Assembly (NCBI GenBank): GCA_945863965.1
Contig: CAMBBZ010000002.1
Coordinates: forward strand, 1 to 49,472
Direction: 5' to 3'
DNA from: Chitinophaga pinensis
Lineage (GTDB): Bacteria; Bacteroidota; Bacteroidia; NS11-12g; UBA955
DNA: 49,472 nucleotides
Shown here: positions 1-9,800 of the stretch, one piece after another
Position numbering within the stretch: position 1 is the first letter of the stretch
How the letters are laid out: every line of letters starts with the position of its first letter
Notes under the pieces: model-generated
What the model was told of the DNA's origin: nothing
The model's input: only the letters and a program-made list of their open reading frames with translations
Databases searched by the model: none
Translations under genes and position numbers: made by a program

Positions 1-702
1 CCGACCTATAACGAAATCGAAAACATCGAACGGATGGTCCAAACCGTGATGGCGCTTCCCAAGAGAATAGATTTATTAATAGTAGATGATGGTTCTCCAG
101 ACGGCACGGGTTCTAAGGTAAAAGAAATGCAATCCGATTTCGCGGACCGACTTTATATATTGGAGCGGACCGAGAAAAACGGATTGGGCACGGCCTATAT
201 TGCGGGTTTTCATTGGGCTTTGGATAGGCATTATGACTTTATTTGCGAAATGGACTGCGATTTTTCGCATCCCGTTGATCAATTACCCAAACTAATTGAA
301 AAATGCGAAGCTGAAGCCGACGTGTGCGTGGGTTCGCGCTATGTTGGAGGCGTTGTTAATGTGGTGAACTGGCCTATGGGCCGCGTTCTTATGAGCTATT
401 ATGCGTCTAAATATGTGCAATTTGTAACCGGATTGGACATTGCCGATACGACTGCGGGATTCGTTTGTTATCGCAGAAAAGTCCTAGAAACTATTGATAT
501 CGATGCGATTAAATTTAGGGGATATGCGTTCCAAATTGAAATGAAATTTCGCTCGAAACGCAAAGGTTTTACGATTGCGGAACACCCTATTATTTTTACC
601 GATCGCACCGCGGGTACGTCTAAAATGAGCACTAAAATCTTTAGGGAAGCCCTATTCGGGGTATTGGAATTGAAGATCAAAAGTATTGTCGGAAAGCTGT
701 AA
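1..702 (+). CDS. Polyprenol/dolichol-phosphate mannosyltransferase-like family 2 glycosyltransferase; the 5' end is cut by the window edge
   Basis: The frame is open from nt 1 (PTYNEIENIER precedes the listed Met). GT2 motifs are present: LLIVDDGSPDGT, DCDFSHP, VGSRY and a GYAFQIE-type C-terminal region typical of Dpm1/PpmS-like enzymes. Confidence 0.85.
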   Translation, partial: PTYNEIENIERMVQTVMALPKRIDLLIVDDGSPDGTGSKVKEMQSDFADRLYILERTEKNGLGTAYIAGFHWALDRHYDFICEMDCDFSHPVDQLPKLIEKCEAEADVCVGSRYVGGVVNVVNWPMGRVLMSYYASKYVQFVTGLDIADTTAGFVCYRRKVLETIDIDAIKFRGYAFQIEMKFRSKRKGFTIAEHPIIFTDRTAGTSKMSTKIFREALFGVLELKIKSIVGKL

Positions 703-882
703 CCGATTTCCCATTCCCTGTTTCAAATTTCCAATAGCCACAAACATTCGTTTGGATTCAATTCTTTATGAGGTAAAAATCCACTATCGTCCATCATTTT
801 AAATCCTCTTAAATTTCTTTTGAGTCGAAATTGAATTTTACAAAAAAAAATCTATCTTTCCAATTCAATAATAATAAATAAG

Positions 883-1530
883 ATGAAAAAACAATTACTC
901 ATGTACACAATTGCCGGATTGTTTCTGGCTTCATGTTCCAGCACAATGGAAAGAAATGCCACTGCCTTCGGCGGAGGCTGGGGAATGTCTGAAAAGAAGG
1001 AAACGTATGCAAAAAACCAAAACGGATCGGTGAATGCGACCCCTTCGGTAGCGGAAAAAACAAATTCCCTTGAAAGTGGTTCCGCAAACACGGAATATCA
1101 ACACGCTGCGAAATCTTGCAACGTAGTTAATACGGCTAAACTTCAAACCTTGAAAGTGGATCCACGAATTTGGAAGACCAACACGCAGCAAAATCAATCC
1201 ATCACAGTAAATAATAAAAGTCTATCAAAAAGGGCTAATCAAGTTATTAAATCAATCCCCTCTCAATTTAAAAAGAAAGCTGAAAAAATTAGAAAACATG
1301 CACGTCAGGCAGGTTCATCAAGTGGAGGAAGCGGGTTTTCGATAGCTTCATTAGTTTTTGGTATTTTAGGATTGTTCTTTTTAGGGATTTTATTTGGCCC
1401 TCTAGCGATTGTTTTCGGTGCACTTGGTTTAAGTAGAGAAGGCAAAGGCATGGCAGTGGCTGGCATGATTCTGGGAATTATTGATCTATTGATATGGGTT
1501 CTTTTAGTATTAGCATTTTTCACCCTTTAA
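883..1530 (+). CDS. Lipoprotein with a C-terminal Gly/Leu-rich double-TM region (DUF4190-like)
   Basis: Lipoprotein-type signal peptide (MKKQLLMYTIAGLFLASCSS). It has a polar, low-complexity middle. The C-terminus reads SLVFGILGLFFLGILFGPLAIVFGALGL...GMILGIIDLLIWVLLVLAFF. Confidence 0.6.
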   Translation: MKKQLLMYTIAGLFLASCSSTMERNATAFGGGWGMSEKKETYAKNQNGSVNATPSVAEKTNSLESGSANTEYQHAAKSCNVVNTAKLQTLKVDPRIWKTNTQQNQSITVNNKSLSKRANQVIKSIPSQFKKKAEKIRKHARQAGSSSGGSGFSIASLVFGILGLFFLGILFGPLAIVFGALGLSREGKGMAVAGMILGIIDLLIWVLLVLAFFTL

Positions 1531-1577
1531 TTTTACATATAATAAAAAATTAATAATTTATTAAAAACAAGGCAAAC

Positions 1578-1612
1578 AACAAGAACCCTTTACCGGGTTC
1601 TTGTTGTTTTTA
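1578..1612 (+). terminator. Rho-independent terminator after the lipoprotein gene
   Basis: Perfect 11-bp stem: aacaagaaccc (1578-1588) pairs with gggttcttgtt (1595-1605). The loop is 6 nt and gttttt follows. Confidence 0.6.
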
Positions 1613-1620
1613 TACCGCTC

Positions 1621-1902
1621 GTGTTGTTGCTATTACCCGCCACTATTTTTGATTCGGGTCCAACCATTTGCATCTCTAAACTCATTACCGATATCGATTG
1701 TCCCGGTTGCGGCATTACCCGCGCCGTCCAACACGCCTTGCACCTCGACTTTCAAAAGGCCTGGGATTACAACAAAATCATTATCGTTATCGCTCCTTTA
1801 CTTATTTGGGTTTATTTTCAAGAAGTCAAAACGTCATACACTTATTTCTTCCGCCCAAACATCCATAATGGGCGCACTACCGAAAATTGGATTTCCCCAT
1901 AA
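1621..1902 (+). CDS. DUF2752-like small membrane protein
   Basis: Contains the CPGCGITRA motif followed by hydrophobic helices. The start is probably GTG/TTG at 1621-1627. The overlapping ORF 1601..1927 in another frame has no recognisable motif. Confidence 0.65.
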   Translation: MLLLLPATIFDSGPTICISKLITDIDCPGCGITRAVQHALHLDFQKAWDYNKIIIVIAPLLIWVYFQEVKTSYTYFFRPNIHNGRTTENWISP

Positions 1903-1945
1903 AAATAACGATTGCCTAGGGTTGTGAACCCATCTAAAAGTGCAT

Positions 1946-2027
1946 GGATGAGGTCATCGAAATCGGGTTAAATCTCAAAAGTTTGCGAATCTGAAAGTCC
2001 AAGGATGAGGTCGTCGAAGATTGGTTA
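1946..2027. repeat. Two imperfect 25-nt direct repeats, 57 bp apart
   Basis: ggatgaggtcatcgaaatcgggtta (1946-1970) versus ggatgaggtcgtcgaagattggtta (2003-2027). The region is non-coding and lies upstream of corA. Confidence 0.7.
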
Positions 2028-2116
2028 GTTATAAGCATTTCACCAATCAGACCGTGGCTTAAAAGCAGCCAACCCCATTCAGGCAAGGTCAAAATAACCA
2101 ATGACCATTAACAACT

Positions 2117-2144
2117 GACAATTAACCATTGACAATTAACCATT
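2117..2144. repeat. Perfect tandem duplication of a 14-mer
   Basis: gacaattaaccatt occurs twice in tandem (2117-2130 and 2131-2144). It sits inside a longer ccatt/aaca-rich tract at about 2098-2148. Confidence 0.8.
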
Positions 2145-2150
2145 AAACCC

Positions 2151-2158
2151 TATTTTTG
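2151..2158 (+). promoter_or_regulatory. Putative Bacteroidota -7 promoter box (TAnnTTTG) for corA
   Basis: TATTTTTG lies 45 nt upstream of the corA ATG and matches the established Bacteroidetes sigma-A -7 consensus. Confidence 0.4.
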
Positions 2159-2202
2159 CGCCTCATTGTCTATGGACTCCGAACCTCGAAGTTGTAAAAA
2201 TC

Positions 2203-3153
2203 ATGATGCGCGTTTACCACAAACGACAAACCCGTGTGCTCAAGGTACAAACGTTGTCTCAGTTAGAGACTACCGAGGGATTGGTATGGATTGACCTCCA
2301 AAACCCAAGTCCGGCTGAAATTGCCGATGTAGAAGCCCATTTCGAATTCAAATTCCAATCGCGTCAAGAGCAACTCGAGATCGAGAGCTCATCCCGTTAT
2401 TTTGAGACCGACGACGAAATTATCGCCAATAGCAACTTTTTACAGTTCAGTTCTGAACATAACGAATTCATTTCCAATGCCGTTTCCTTTATTCTGCAGG
2501 ACGATATTCTTTTTACCTATCGCGATGCTGATTTAACGGCCTTTTCGGATTGCGTTAAAAAAATCAAGGGAACAGGGCGCTTCTTCCACAGTGGTAAGCA
2601 AATTTTGGCTACCCTACTCGAAGTAGGTGTAGACAACGATGCAGACTTTTTAGAAACCCTTTCTCGACAAGTAGCCGAATTATCTAAAGTTGTTTCTTTT
2701 GGGGGAAATCCAGACGAACAACTCATCCTGAAAATTTCGAGAACCCAAGAAATGACCATGGAAATCCGCCAAAATGCCGTAGATAAACAACGGGTACTTT
2801 CCGCCATCTTAAAAAGCAAAGAATTTGAGGGGGAAGATTATGAACGGCTGCGCATTGTTATTAAAGACATTAACTCGTTAATCGATCATGCCAATTTTAC
2901 CTTTCAGCGTTTGGAATATTTACAAAACACGTTTTTAGGTTTAGTAAATATCGAACAAAATAAAATCATCAAAATTTTTACCCTTGCCAGCGTGATTTTC
3001 ATGCCCCCAACCCTGATAGCGAGTGTTTACGGTATGAATTTTGAATTCATCAACGCCTTTAAGTGGGAATATGGCTTTGCGTATGCTATGGTACTAATGG
3101 TATTTTCATCGATTGGTACCTTGTACTTTTTCAGGCGTAAAAGGTGGTTATAA
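2203..3153 (+). CDS. corA: CorA-family magnesium/cobalt transporter
   Basis: YGMNFE signature (SVYGMNFEF) between two C-terminal TM helices. The size (316 aa) and the soluble N-terminal domain are typical. Confidence 0.85.
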   Translation: MMRVYHKRQTRVLKVQTLSQLETTEGLVWIDLQNPSPAEIADVEAHFEFKFQSRQEQLEIESSSRYFETDDEIIANSNFLQFSSEHNEFISNAVSFILQDDILFTYRDADLTAFSDCVKKIKGTGRFFHSGKQILATLLEVGVDNDADFLETLSRQVAELSKVVSFGGNPDEQLILKISRTQEMTMEIRQNAVDKQRVLSAILKSKEFEGEDYERLRIVIKDINSLIDHANFTFQRLEYLQNTFLGLVNIEQNKIIKIFTLASVIFMPPTLIASVYGMNFEFINAFKWEYGFAYAMVLMVFSSIGTLYFFRRKRWL

Positions 3154-3183
3154 CCATTCGCGATTTGGTTTGTTTATTAAATT

Positions 3184-3678
3184 ATGAGGTTCTGGACGTG
3201 CTGTGTATTGAGTTGGATTTTATTTAGTGGGTTAACGCATTCAAAAAATGCAGATCCCATACGCGATGCCTATAGAAAAGCCCTAAAAGAGGAGTCTTCC
3301 ATAAAAGAATTAAAGTCCCTAACCAAGCAACGTCAAAATGCACTATCAACCGCGTTCTATGCCATGGCTTTGGCATTAGAAGCGCGCGATGCGAGCTGGG
3401 TTCCTACAAAAATGAGTCTAGCTAAGGAGGCCTATGCCGACCTTAACAAAGCCGTTTCCTTAGATCCTAATAATTTTGAGATCCGTTACCTGCGCTTTAG
3501 TTTTTCATGTGAAGTGCCCGGTATGCTTGGGTTGAGTGCACATGTTCAAGAAGATAAAACTTACCTACTCAAACACGCGCACAAACGTGAACCCTTAGCC
3601 GACGTGATGAAAAAATACTTTCAAAAATCGTCTTGCTTGAATACCTCAGAAAAAAACCAAATCAATTCCCGCTTATAA
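3184..3678 (+). CDS. Hypothetical secreted helical protein
   Basis: Signal-peptide-like N-terminus (MRFWTCCVLSWILFSGLTHS). No family motif recognised. Confidence 0.5.
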   Translation: MRFWTCCVLSWILFSGLTHSKNADPIRDAYRKALKEESSIKELKSLTKQRQNALSTAFYAMALALEARDASWVPTKMSLAKEAYADLNKAVSLDPNNFEIRYLRFSFSCEVPGMLGLSAHVQEDKTYLLKHAHKREPLADVMKKYFQKSSCLNTSEKNQINSRL

Positions 3679-3684
3679 GGGCAA

Positions 3685-4881
3685 TTAGGCTTGGTTAATC
3701 GCTGCAATTCCTGGAAGTACTTTTCCTTCGAAATATTCCAATAACGCGCCGCCGCCGGTGCTGATATACGTAACTTGTTGGTCAAATCCGAATTTATAAA
3801 CGGCCGCCGCACTATCGCCCCCACCGATTAAACTAAATGCCCCTGCAGCCGTAGCATCGGCTACCGCCTGGGCCACTAATTTGGTTCCATTTTCAAACGC
3901 TGGCATTTCAAAAACACCCATAGGACCGTTCCACAATATAGTTTTGCTATTTAACAGCACCTCTCTAAACTCCAAAACAGCTGCATTTCCGATGTCTAAG
4001 CCCATCCAGTTTTCAGCAATTTCATTGCTGGGTACATTCTGGGTATTGGCATCTGCTTTGAAAGCATCGGCCATTATGGAATCCGCAGGCAAGTAAATCT
4101 TAACCTCTTTTTCTTTGGCCTTTTGCATGATTTCCAAACACGTTTCCAAACGGTCCATCTCGCATAAAGAAGAGCCAATATGTCCGCCTTGGGCCTTGAA
4201 GAACGTATAAGCCATACCGCCACCAATAATGATGTTATCGGCCACATTCAATAAGTTTTCTACGATTAAAATCTTATCGGAAACCTTGGCGCCCCCAACA
4301 ATAGCGGTTAAAGGCCGCTGTGGCGATTTCATTACTTTTTCCGCATTAATTATTTCAGCCGCCATCAACATCCCAAAAGATTTTTTGCCCGGAAAAAACT
4401 GTGCAATCACCGATGTAGAGGCATGGGCTCGGTGAGCCGTTCCAAACGCATCGTTGACATAAAAGGTTCCCAAAGCGGCTAATTTTGATGCAAATTCAAT
4501 ATCTCCAGCAGTTTCTTCGGGATAAAAGCGCAAATTTTCCAAGACCAATACAGAACCGGACTTTAATTCACCCGCTTTTCCGATGGCTTCTTCTCCAATG
4601 CAGTCGGAGGCAAAATCAACCGGAACGTGCAATAGGTCCGACAGATGTTGAACAATATGACGTAAGGAAAATTCGTCATTAGGTCCATTTTTAGGTCGGC
4701 CTAAATGACTCATAATAATAACAGAGCCACCGGTATTTAGAATGTGTTGAATACTCGGAACGGCAGCGCGCATGCGCGAGTCGTCCGTAATTTCAAACGC
4801 CGCGTTTAAAGGCACGTTAAAGTCAACGCGCATCAATACTTTTTCATTCTCAAATTGCAAATCAATTAATGGGGTGCTCAT
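3685..4881 (-). CDS. pgk: Phosphoglycerate kinase
   Basis: Full-length PGK. Motifs: RVDFNVPL, SHLGRP, AIVGGAKVSDKI, GGGMAYTF, WNGPMGVFE and STGGGA. Confidence 0.95.
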   Translation of the reverse strand: MSTPLIDLQFENEKVLMRVDFNVPLNAAFEITDDSRMRAAVPSIQHILNTGGSVIIMSHLGRPKNGPNDEFSLRHIVQHLSDLLHVPVDFASDCIGEEAIGKAGELKSGSVLVLENLRFYPEETAGDIEFASKLAALGTFYVNDAFGTAHRAHASTSVIAQFFPGKKSFGMLMAAEIINAEKVMKSPQRPLTAIVGGAKVSDKILIVENLLNVADNIIIGGGMAYTFFKAQGGHIGSSLCEMDRLETCLEIMQKAKEKEVKIYLPADSIMADAFKADANTQNVPSNEIAENWMGLDIGNAAVLEFREVLLNSKTILWNGPMGVFEMPAFENGTKLVAQAVADATAAGAFSLIGGGDSAAAVYKFGFDQQVTYISTGGGALLEYFEGKVLPGIAAINQA

Positions 4882-4883
4882 AA

Positions 4884-6419
4884 TTATATTTGTTTTAATA
4901 GGGTTTTCATGGAGGTAGCGGCTTCAATAATTTCACGCAACGAATCGATGGGAACGCGTTCTTGTTCCATTGTATCGCGATAACGGATGGTTACATCGCC
5001 TTGGGTAAGACTGTCGTGGTCTACGGTAACGCAGAAAGGCGTACCGATAGCGTCCATACGGCGGTAACGCTTGCCAATACTGTCTTTATCTTCGATAAAC
5101 GTATTGAAATCAAAACGCAACGCTTCGTAAATCTTTTCAGCCAATTCGGGCAACCCGTCTTTTTTTACTAAAGGGAGAATGGCACATTTAATCGGGGCAA
5201 GGGCGGGTGGTAATTTAAGAACGGTACGTGTATCGCCGTTTACCTCTTCTTCTTGCAGCGCTTCTGACATAACCACTAAGAACAAACGATCCAATCCGAT
5301 TGACGTTTCAACCACATACGGAATGTAACTCTCGTTCGCTTCTGCATCGAAATACCGCAATTTTTTACCGCTAAATTGTTCGTGTTGTGATAAATCAAAA
5401 TCGGTTCGTGAATGGATGCCTTCCACCTCTTTAAAACCAAAGGGGAAATCGTATTCAATATCAACGGCGGCATTGGCATAATGGGCCAATTTAACGTGGT
5501 CGTGAAAACGCAATTTTTTCTCATCGGTTCCTAATACTCCATGCCAACGCATGCGCCATTGCTTCCAATATTCGTACCACTGAAGTTCGGTCCCTGGCTT
5601 ACAAAAAAACTGCATTTCCATTTGTTCGAACTCTTTCATACGCATGATAAACTGACGGGCTACAATTTCATTGCGGAATGCTTTTCCGGTTTGCGCAATT
5701 CCAAAAGGCAATTTCATTCGACCCGTTTTTTGAACGTTCAAGAAATTAACAAAAATACCTTGTGCCGTTTCTGGTCTCAAATATAAATCCTCATCGGCGC
5801 CTTCTAACGCATTCATCTGGGTAGAGTACATAAGATTGAACTGCCTAACGTCGGTCCAGTTCTTGGAGCCACTGATAGGACAAACGATACCTTCGGATTC
5901 AATTAATTCTTTAATTTGATTTAGGTCGCCCGACTCAAGCGCCGTTTTCAAAATACCGTTCATGGTATCGATACGCTCTTGATATTCCATTACGCGGGGG
6001 TTGGTTTGACGGAACTGGGTTTCATCGAAACTATCTCCGAAGCGCGTGGCCGCTTTGGTAACTTCTTTGGCTATTTTCTGACGAATTTTCTCTTGGTGTT
6101 CTTCGATTAGCACATCGGCACGATACCGTTTTTTACTGTCTTTGTTATCAATCATGGGATCGTTAAACCCATCTACATGTCCGCTGGCCTTCCAAATTTT
6201 GGGATGCATGAAAATAGAGGAATCCAATCCTACGATATTGGCATGCAAACGGGTCATGGATAAATACCAAAACTGTCGCAAATTATTGCGCAGCTCTACC
6301 CCATTTTGACCATAGTCATAAACCGCTGCCAACCCGCCATAGATATCGCTACTTGGAAATACAAAGCCATATTCTTTAGCGTGAGAAATGATTTTTTCAA
6401 ATAAATTATTGTCAGACAT
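4884..6419 (-). CDS. glyQS: Glycine--tRNA ligase (class II, alpha2 type)
   Basis: The protein from MSDNNLFEKIISHAKEYGFVFPSSDIYGG has class II GlyRS motifs (RPETAQG, GLDRL). I prefer the Met at 6419 over the ORF-track start at 6497, because the 26 extra residues are not GlyRS-like. Confidence 0.92.
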   Translation of the reverse strand: MSDNNLFEKIISHAKEYGFVFPSSDIYGGLAAVYDYGQNGVELRNNLRQFWYLSMTRLHANIVGLDSSIFMHPKIWKASGHVDGFNDPMIDNKDSKKRYRADVLIEEHQEKIRQKIAKEVTKAATRFGDSFDETQFRQTNPRVMEYQERIDTMNGILKTALESGDLNQIKELIESEGIVCPISGSKNWTDVRQFNLMYSTQMNALEGADEDLYLRPETAQGIFVNFLNVQKTGRMKLPFGIAQTGKAFRNEIVARQFIMRMKEFEQMEMQFFCKPGTELQWYEYWKQWRMRWHGVLGTDEKKLRFHDHVKLAHYANAAVDIEYDFPFGFKEVEGIHSRTDFDLSQHEQFSGKKLRYFDAEANESYIPYVVETSIGLDRLFLVVMSEALQEEEVNGDTRTVLKLPPALAPIKCAILPLVKKDGLPELAEKIYEALRFDFNTFIEDKDSIGKRYRRMDAIGTPFCVTVDHDSLTQGDVTIRYRDTMEQERVPIDSLREIIEAATSMKTLLKQI

Positions 6420-6487
6420 AAATTGTACGCTGCAAAGATAGTTTTTTGTATTCGAAGCGTTTGTACGGGCTGTGAAAAGTCGTATTT

Positions 6488-7441
6488 TTGATTTCAACTA
6501 TGGCATTTGCCGAATATATCATCACCCACCCTATTACAGTAGCGGCATTCAGCTTTTCACTAGGAATTGGAATTTCATCCTTAATATGGAGAGCGCGAAA
6601 ACGAAAAGTATTAAAAAACTTAGAACGGCTCATTAGTCATGAAGAAGCCGATTACACGACCGCTATAAATCCAAAAGCCCAAGACATTGAGGACGGCTTT
6701 AGAACGTTGTTCATAGCCCGAAAAAAGGAATTACAGCGTTTGCAACAACTAGAAACGTATCGCCGCGATTACCTTGGAAACGTAGCGCATGAATTAAAAA
6801 CCCCCTTATTTTCCATACAGGGGTATATCGAAGCTGTAATGGAAGACCCCGACTTGAGTCCCAAAGAAATTAATAATTTCTTAAAGAAAGCCAATAAAAA
6901 CGCCAATCGACTTGGTCAGTTGGTCAATGATTTAGACGCTATCACGAAATACGAAAGCGGCGTTTTAAGCATCGATAAACAACCTTTTAATATTTCAGAA
7001 CTCATACGAGAGGTTATCGACGAGCTCGAAATTCAGGCTTCCCAAAAAGAAATTCGGTTGTTGGTACAAAGCAAAAGTGATACCAACAAGGTATTGGCTG
7101 ATCGCACCCGTATCCGACAAGTCTTGGTTAATTTAGGCTATAATTCGATTAAATACGGTATCGACAAGGGTACCACCAATTATATGATTTTTGACACGGG
7201 CACCAAACTCATCATCGAAGTGGCCGACAATGGCATTGGGATTCCCCCAGAACACGTAGGACGGATTTTTGAGCGCTTTTACCGGGTAGATGCCCACCGA
7301 AACCGTGAAACGGGCGGCAGTGGTTTGGGCTTGAGTATTTGCAAACACATCGTGGAAGCCCATGGCGAACAAATTAAAGTAATGAGTACGGTTGGCGCTG
7401 GATCCTCGTTCACATTTGCATTGGTAAAACCCTTGCCGTAG
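6488..7441 (+). CDS. Sensor histidine kinase (HisKA + HATPase_c, PhoR/BaeS-like); no adjacent response regulator
   Basis: One N-terminal TM helix. H-box YLGNVAHELKTPL, N-box LVNLGYNSIKY, G1 VADNGIGIP and G2 GGSGLGLSI. Confidence 0.85.
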   Translation: MISTMAFAEYIITHPITVAAFSFSLGIGISSLIWRARKRKVLKNLERLISHEEADYTTAINPKAQDIEDGFRTLFIARKKELQRLQQLETYRRDYLGNVAHELKTPLFSIQGYIEAVMEDPDLSPKEINNFLKKANKNANRLGQLVNDLDAITKYESGVLSIDKQPFNISELIREVIDELEIQASQKEIRLLVQSKSDTNKVLADRTRIRQVLVNLGYNSIKYGIDKGTTNYMIFDTGTKLIIEVADNGIGIPPEHVGRIFERFYRVDAHRNRETGGSGLGLSICKHIVEAHGEQIKVMSTVGAGSSFTFALVKPLP

Positions 7442-7496
7442 CACAAAATGTTGATATTTTAGAACCCTGAGAAATCCGCAGCGGGCGTATGTTTGT

Positions 7497-9800
7497 ATGA
7501 TGATGCCCTGGCCCGATCAACGACCCGCTGACGATATTCCCCCTTTTATAGATTCCCTAAATCCCAGCCAACGCGCGGCCGCTTTGAACACCGACGGTCC
7601 CGTTATGATTATTGCCGGCGCCGGATCTGGAAAAACGCGCGTACTCACCTACCGCATTGCTTACATCATGCATAAAGGCACCGATCCTTTTAATATACTT
7701 TCCCTAACCTTTACCAATAAAGCGGCCAAGGAAATGCGCATCCGAATCGAAAAATTAGTCGGTACGGAAGCCAAAAACTTATGGATGGGTACCTTCCATA
7801 GTGTTTTTGCCCGCATTTTACGTCAAGAAGCTGATAAAATCGGATATCCCAGCAGCTTTACTATTTACGATTCCGACGATTCCAAAAGTTTGATAAAAGC
7901 CATTCTTAAGGAAATGCAAATCGACGATAAAGTTTATAAGCCTTCGTTGGTTTTAAGTCGGATTTCATTGGCTAAAAATAATTTAATGGCAGCAAAGGAT
8001 TACCTACAAAATGACGAATTAACGAATTCTGATAAAGTAGCAGGCCGACCCAAATTTGGAGAGATTTTCCAGCAATATACCAGCCGTTGTTTCAAAGCTG
8101 GGGCCATGGATTTCGACGATATCCTTATCAACACGTACCACCTTTTACAAAATCAACCCAATGTACTGAACAAATGGCAACATCGATTCAAATACATTAT
8201 GGTCGACGAGTATCAGGATACCAATCATGTTCAGTACATGATTACCAAATTATTGGCAGCGGTAAATCACAATATTTGCGTGGTTGGCGACGATGCGCAA
8301 AGTATCTATGCGTTCCGAGGTGCCAATATTCAAAATATTTTAAACTACGAACGCGATTATCCAGAGGTTGCCACCTTTAAATTGGAACAAAACTACCGCA
8401 GTACCAAGAACATCGTAAATGCGGCTTCGAGTTTAATCAAACACAACAAACATCAGCTAGAAAAAGAGGTTTGGACAGCCAATGAGGAGGGCGAAAAGAT
8501 TAAGGTATCGCGCAATCCCTCTGATTCCGATGAAGGGCGTCGTGTGGCCCAATTAATATTTGAAGATAAGCACCAGTTGCATTTGCCGAATAAAGCATTC
8601 GCCATTCTTTACCGAACGAATGCCCAAAGTCGTTCTATGGAAGAGGCCTTGCGAAAGCAAGGTGTCGAATACCGTATCTATGGCGGGGTAAGCTTTTACC
8701 AACGGAAAGAAATCAAGGATATGCTGGCTTATTTGCGGTTGGTTATTAATCCGCAAGACGAGGAAGCGCTCAAACGCATCATTAATTTCCCAGTTAGGGG
8801 CATTGGAAATACAACGGTTACCCGGTTGATCTACTTGGCTAATGAACACAATTGCTCGGTTTTTGATATTATCAAACAAATCCGCCAATATCCGGAAATC
8901 GGAGCAAGCGCCGGCAAAGTGGAACAATTTGGAATGCTCATTGACAGTTTTAGGCCTCAAAGCGAACCTAAAAATGCCTACGACATTGCCGCTGATGTGG
9001 CCAAGCGCACGGGATTATTAAAGACCTTATTTGATGACAAATCGCCCGAGGGTCTTTCTAAATATGAGAATATTACAGAGTTTTTAAATTCCGTACAAGA
9101 GTTTGTCGAAGATGATGAAAATGAGTCTGAAAAAACACTTCCGATGTTCTTAGAAAATGTGGCTTTGTATACCGACGAGGATAGAACCAACGATCCCAAT
9201 AGAGATTGTGTATCGCTCATGACAATTCATGCCTCGAAAGGACTTGAATTTCCGATTGTGCATATTGTGGGTTTGGAGGAAAACCTATTCCCTTCGCAAA
9301 TGGCCTTAATGAATCGGAATGAGATTGAGGAAGAACGCCGTTTATTTTACGTGGCCATAACCCGCGCGGAGCAGCGTTTGTATTTAAGTTTTGCCACGAG
9401 CCGGTTTCGACATGGCAATTTATTGCATTGCGAACCTTCGCGTTTTTTGCAAGAAATAGACCCGCGTTATTTGGACATGTCGGCCAATAGCATGGCGGCA
9501 CCCTCAATGTCGCAGCGGTTTCACCGCGAACCGAGTGTAAGCAGCAAAGAGCCGTTGCAAAAGCCCAAAGTTTACACGACGCCTAGACCCCCACAAGCCT
9601 TGCCCCCTGAGGATCCCAATTTCACGCCCGGCGATATTAGCCATTTAGCGGTGGGCGATCGTGTTCAGCATCAGCGATTTGGCATGGGTACGGTTACCAC
9701 AATTGAAGGCGAAGGAAACAACCAAAAGGCGAATGTCTTGTTTGATCAAATTGGAACAAAGACCTTGGTATTGAAATTTGCTAAAATGCGCATTCTTTAA
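7497..9800 (+). CDS. UvrD/PcrA/Rep-family ATP-dependent DNA helicase
   Basis: Walker A AGAGSGKT, motif II VDEYQDTN, and the VGDDAQSIYAFRGA and TIHASKGLEF motifs. The C-terminal Tudor-like tail (GDRVQHQRFGMGTV) is typical of PcrA/UvrD. Confidence 0.9.
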   Translation: MMMPWPDQRPADDIPPFIDSLNPSQRAAALNTDGPVMIIAGAGSGKTRVLTYRIAYIMHKGTDPFNILSLTFTNKAAKEMRIRIEKLVGTEAKNLWMGTFHSVFARILRQEADKIGYPSSFTIYDSDDSKSLIKAILKEMQIDDKVYKPSLVLSRISLAKNNLMAAKDYLQNDELTNSDKVAGRPKFGEIFQQYTSRCFKAGAMDFDDILINTYHLLQNQPNVLNKWQHRFKYIMVDEYQDTNHVQYMITKLLAAVNHNICVVGDDAQSIYAFRGANIQNILNYERDYPEVATFKLEQNYRSTKNIVNAASSLIKHNKHQLEKEVWTANEEGEKIKVSRNPSDSDEGRRVAQLIFEDKHQLHLPNKAFAILYRTNAQSRSMEEALRKQGVEYRIYGGVSFYQRKEIKDMLAYLRLVINPQDEEALKRIINFPVRGIGNTTVTRLIYLANEHNCSVFDIIKQIRQYPEIGASAGKVEQFGMLIDSFRPQSEPKNAYDIAADVAKRTGLLKTLFDDKSPEGLSKYENITEFLNSVQEFVEDDENESEKTLPMFLENVALYTDEDRTNDPNRDCVSLMTIHASKGLEFPIVHIVGLEENLFPSQMALMNRNEIEEERRLFYVAITRAEQRLYLSFATSRFRHGNLLHCEPSRFLQEIDPRYLDMSANSMAAPSMSQRFHREPSVSSKEPLQKPKVYTTPRPPQALPPEDPNFTPGDISHLAVGDRVQHQRFGMGTVTTIEGEGNNQKANVLFDQIGTKTLVLKFAKMRIL

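Noticed and set aside
1601-1927. 108-aa ORF overlapping the DUF2752-like gene in another frame
   Set aside because: It begins inside the terminator hairpin and has a Cys/Leu/Ser/Pro-rich composition with no motif. The alternative frame carries the diagnostic CPGCGITRA motif.
6420-6497. N-terminal extension of the GlyRS ORF (ORF-track start 6497)
   Set aside because: The 26 extra residues (MKSKIRLFTARTNASNTKNYLCSVQF) do not resemble GlyRS and overlap the divergent histidine kinase start. The conserved protein begins at MSDNNLFEKI (6419).
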